Position numbers and translations under genes: made by a program. A DNA stretch of 64,000 bases from Pavona decussata (Eukaryota). The notes beneath the pieces were generated by a model. That model made no database searches and had not been told where the DNA came from. It worked only from the letters and a program-made list of their open reading frames with translations. Shown here piece by piece: positions 59,584-64,000 of the stretch. Position 1 is the first letter of the stretch, and the number at the start of each line of letters is the position of its first letter. The stretch is from contig CDRNST010000086.1 in NCBI GenBank assembly GCA_977016875.1, forward strand, positions 1,674,001 through 1,738,000, in the 5' to 3' direction.

Positions 59584-62500
59584 ATAAGTATTTTTGTTGT
59601 TGTTGTTGTTGTTGTTGTTATCCAGTTTTATAGGTTTAATCTTGACTATGTTAAAATGTGCATTCCATGATAACGGTTTTGGTTTTCTTCGATTTCGCTT
59701 GGCGTCACTTGCAAGCCGTCCTTAATCTTGACCAGGCAGGCACACCGATAGACGTAAATGACACTCCGCATTCACCAAAACATTTAAATCCTGGAATCTG
59801 TGGTGGGAATTACGATTCGCGTCCTACCATCAAAGTGAAGTGTTAACAGCCAACTCTGCGGGAGAAGTAGTGATGTTTGCTGCGGACTCGATTAACGCAG
59901 CACATGACGTGGTTTACGGATGGATCCTCAGTTGCAAAGAGATCAGAAGAACGGTTCTCTAAATAATAAAACATACTGGAAACGTGCAGCCCGTGGGCTG
60001 CCTAAAGTCTCTTCGTTTGGCTACAGGAATCACCAGCAAATCTCATGTGACAGCCTCAAGCGTGATGCACAACAGCAGGTTTTCCTTTAAGAGTTTCAAT
60101 AAAAAAGAGTGTTTTTGCTCAATCTTGGGTTGATTCAGGTGCATGGCCAAATTCTTGTTCATAGTTTTAATTGGATGTTCTTTGCTCGTGAGAACAGTGA
60201 CTAAAAAATTTCCTTGTGGCATACAAAAACGACAACAAAACAGACAGAACAATAAAACAGAGCTAAAACATGCTGTTGTGCATCACGTTGAAAGCTACGT
60301 ATACACGATGGAGTAGGTAAAGGAAAGAATAGCAAACTAGAGACGCTTTCCATTTGTCCGAACTGGCCGGCCGAAGACTGGTTATTGCGCTGAATAAAAG
60401 CACGATTTTCAGGAAATGGCTCCTGTGCTACACCTTCAAGCTCCTTCAAATTGGGGTAAACCATTTCCAAAATGTGCATTTTGAAGAATCTTTTCAAAAT
60501 TTCTCGTTCTATTTTCAAACTGATTGGCCAAGCTGGTGCTTTCTGGCAAATGGAAAGCACTCTCAGTAGTACACAAGGAAAAATCAGCGCTTTAACAACA
60601 ATAAAGAAGATTGGGAAGAAAGAGTACTCGGAGATATTAGAGACGGGAGCCGCGAACGTTTGAAATTGGCGATGAGGAACTATTTTGGTGTTAGAAATTT
60701 TCTGGCGAACTATTTTGTGGACAAAAAACATTTGGTAGGGACCTCCATCTAGGGCTTTATGCAGAAAATTATGAACCCTTTTCCGTTAAGTACTGGGAAG
60801 TTGCACGTTTTAGGGATTCATTTTTAGTACGTTTGCAACAAGCCACCCGTCACTAATATACCTGAGTACCCAGTCAAGAGCAGCCAACATTGCTCCATGG
60901 TGACCCATACTAGATATTGTTCACCCTACAATATGGGTACCCATGGACCAATATTGGTATATAAGGGTACGCATGGACAAAATATTGACCAATATAGGTA
61001 CCCATGATCGAATAATATTGGTCAATATAGGCACCCATGGAAAAGTATTGGCCAATATGGGTAGCCATACACCAATATTGGCCAATATAGGTACCCAGGA
61101 AGCAATATTGGCCAATATGGGTAGCCATATACCAATATTGGCCAATATAGGTAACCAAAGACCAATATTGGCCAATACGGGTACCCAAGGACCAATATTG
61201 TCCAATATGGGCACCCAGGCACCAATATTGGCCAATATGGGTACCCAGGGTCCAACATTGGCCAATATGAGTATCCATGCAACAATATTGGTCCAATATG
61301 GGTACCTATTGACCAATATTGGCCAATATTGGTCACCAGCTACCCATATTGGCCAATATTGGTCCCAAGGACCCATACTGGCTAATCTGGGTACCTAGGG
61401 ACCTATACTGGCCAATATGGATACCCAGGGACTCATACTGGCCAAAATTGGTCCCTGGTCACCCATTTTGGCCAATACTAGTGCCCAGGGACCCATATTG
61501 GCCAATATGGGTACCCATGGACCAATATTTGCCACCAGGTACCCATATTGGCTAATATTGTTTCCTGGCACCCATATTGGCCAATATTGGTCCCTGGGTA
61601 ACCATAATTGCCTATATTGGTACCCAGGGACCCATATTGGCTAACATGGGTACCTAGGGACCCATACTGGCCAATATGGCTACCCAGCGACCCATGCATG
61701 CCAATGTTGGTACCCATGGACCAACATTGGCCAACATGGGTGCCCAGGGACCAATGTTGGCCAATATGGGTACCCAAGGACCAATATTGGCCAATATTGT
61801 TGCATGGACACCCATGTTGGCCAATATTGGTCCATGGGTACCCATGTTGGCCAATATTGGTGCCTGGGTACCCATATTGGACAATATTGGTCCATAGGTA
61901 CCTATATTGGCCAATATAGGTCCCTGGGTACTCATATTGGCCAATATTGGTCTTTAATTACCTATATTGGGCAATATTGGTATATGGCTAACCATATTGG
62001 CCAATATTGCTTCCTGGGTACTAATATTGACCAGTATTGGTTTATGGCTACCCATATTGGCCAATACTTTTCCATGGGTGCCTATATTGACCAATAGTAG
62101 TTCATGGGTACCTATATTGGTCCATGCGTACCCTTATATGCCAATATTGGTCCATGGGTACCCATATTGTAGGGTTGACAATTGCGAGTATTGGTCACCA
62201 TGGAGTAATGTTGGCTGCTCTTGACTGGGTACTCGGGTATATTAGTGACGGGTGGCTCGTTGCAAACGTACTAAAAGTGAATCCCCAAAACGTGCAACTT
62301 CGCAGTACTTAACGGAAAATGGTTCATAATTTTCTGCATAAAGCCCTAGATACAGGTCCCTACCAAATTTTTTTTGTCCACAAAATAGTTTGCCAGAAAA
62401 TTCTAACACCAAAATAGTTCTCTATCGCCAATTTCAAACTCCTATGAAGATCTCCGCGGCTCCCCGTCACTAATATCTCCGAGCACTCTTTCTTCCCAAT

Positions 62501-63495
62501 CTTTTATTGTTATTAAAGCGCTGATTTTTCATTGTACTAGAGTACTTTCCATTTGCCAGAACGTACCAGCTTGGCCAATCAGTTTGAAATAGAACGAGAA
62601 AGTTTGAAGAGTTAGCTCTAAAGATTCTTCATAATGCAGAATTTGGAAATGGTTTGCCCCAATTTGAAGGAGCTTGAAGGTGTAGCACAGGAGCCATTTC
62701 TTGAAAATCGTGCTTTTATTCAGCGGAATAACCAGCCAGTTCGGACAAATGGAAAGCGCCTCTAGTTTGCCATTTTTTCCTGTACCTACTCCATAGTATA
62801 TTCCGTCTTTTCAACGTGATGCACAACAGCATGTTTTAGCTCTGTTTTGTTGTCGTTTTTGTATGCCACAAGGAAATTTTTTAGTCACTTTTCTCACGAG
62901 CAAAGAACATCCAATTAAAACTATGAACAAGAATTTGGCCATGCACTTGAATCAGCATAAGATCGAACAAACGCACACTTTTTCATTGAAACTGTTCAGT
63001 AAAGGAAAAGCTGCCGTTGTGCATCACGCTCGAGGCTTTCACATGAGATGTGCTGGCGATTCCTGTAGACAAACGAAAAGACCTGAGGCAGCCCACGGGC
63101 TGCACGTTTCCAGTATGTTTTATTATTTAAAGAACTGTCCTTCTGTTCTCTTTGCAACTGAGGATTCAACCGGGAACCACGTCATGTGCCGCGTTAATCG
63201 AGCCCGCAGCAAGCATCATAACTGCTCCCGCAGAGTTGGCCGTTAACGTAGGACGCGAATCATGTAATTCCACCACAGATTCCGTGGATTAAATCTTTTG
63301 ATGCAGAGTGTCATTTACGTCTACCGGTGTGCCTGCCTGATCAAGAATAAGGACGGCTTGCAAGTGACGCCAAGCGAAATCGACGAGAGCCAAGAAAACC
63401 AAGACCGTTAGCCTGCAATGTACATTGTAACATACTCAAGATTAAGCTATAAAACTGGATAACAACAACAGCAACAACAACAAAAAAATACTTAT
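59584..63495. repeat. ~3.9-kb imperfect palindrome (foldback-like); arms ~59584-61300 and ~61770-63495
   Basis: Arms are reverse complements throughout, e.g. TTGGCGTCACTTGCAAGCCGTCCTTA (~59699) / TAAGGACGGCTTGCAAGTGACGCCAA (~63348) and TTCTTGTTCATAGTTTTAATTGGATGTTCTTTGCTCGTGAGAA (~60152) / its complement (~62892). Outer ends are the GTT and AAC tracts. Confidence 0.93.
60925..62170. repeat. Self-palindromic 30-bp minisatellite (with ~20-bp variants) at the palindrome centre
   Basis: Consensus GGTACCCATATTGGCCAATATTGGTCCCTG. It gives 10-aa repeats in every frame of the ORF track, and its orientation flips across the centre. Confidence 0.93.
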
Positions 63496-64000
63496 CTTTC
63501 TTTGATATATTGAATCACGGAAGGTGAACGCGATGGATTCACTGGTGCCTTTCAACTTTGCGAATTGAACAGCACTCATTTTCGTTCATAAACCAAGATC
63601 TGAGTTAACCGTCAATCTGAATGAATAACTTTTCAAACTCGAATACTGGTAAATGTGAATATATTATGTGCTACAAACTTCATGGTTCGTGCATTCCGAC
63701 ACGCCATGCAGGCTAATTTGCCTTTTTATTGATACTGCTACGTCGAACAATTAGTGTGAACAAAGTTTGTCAAATGATTAGTAATAATTTGGTAACCTTT
63801 ACAAAGGAAACTTATGGAATGACAGGTATGATTAGGGTTGATTGAAAGAAACGAAAAAACAAAAGGCGACAAGTGAACACAAAAGAAACGACCCCATTGA
63901 TAACGAAAAGCATGGTGTATACGAATGTGCTTTTATACGGGCTTTTTTCCCGCTACCCTGTTTTAATTCAGTAAAGTGGCGCTCAATGTATACTCTTCCC

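Noticed and set aside
60925-62170. CRISPR-like appearance of ~30-bp palindromic repeats (also 56307-56578)
   Set aside because: Units are contiguous with no unique spacers, there are no cas genes, and the context is eukaryotic.
60910-62312. Many overlapping ORFs with 10-aa repeats (THIGQYWSLG, PILANIGPWV, YWPILVPGYP)
   Set aside because: By-product of a stop-poor 30-bp satellite open in all frames on both strands; no preferred frame or gene context.

Overview
AT-rich, intron-containing animal genomic DNA. The gene structures and repeat content suggest an anthozoan cnidarian such as a stony coral; this is an inference, not a lookup. Genes in order: an intronless arylsulfatase B/I/J-family sulfatase (minus strand), head-to-head with the first of two tandem 15-exon LPCAT1/2-type acyltransferases with C-terminal EF-hands (both exon chains traced by hand); an intronless atypical class A GPCR; a two-exon junctophilin (minus) that stops before the usual C-terminal ER/SR anchor; and an intronless 661-aa uncharacterised ORF. 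Introns and intergenic DNA are rich in MITEs (including a three-level nest with readable TSDs), tRNA-derived SINEs, LINE tails and Penelope-like remnants. Highlights: (1) a ~3.9-kb diverged palindrome (59584-63495) around a self-palindromic 30-bp minisatellite; (2) five minimal hammerhead-ribozyme motifs in three sequence families, one with a non-canonical core; (3) the anchor-less junctophilin; (4) asymmetric EF-hand decay between the LPCAT paralogues; (5) a CLEAR-type E-box in the sulfatase/LPCAT bidirectional promoter. There is a 344-N assembly gap at 27731-28074.
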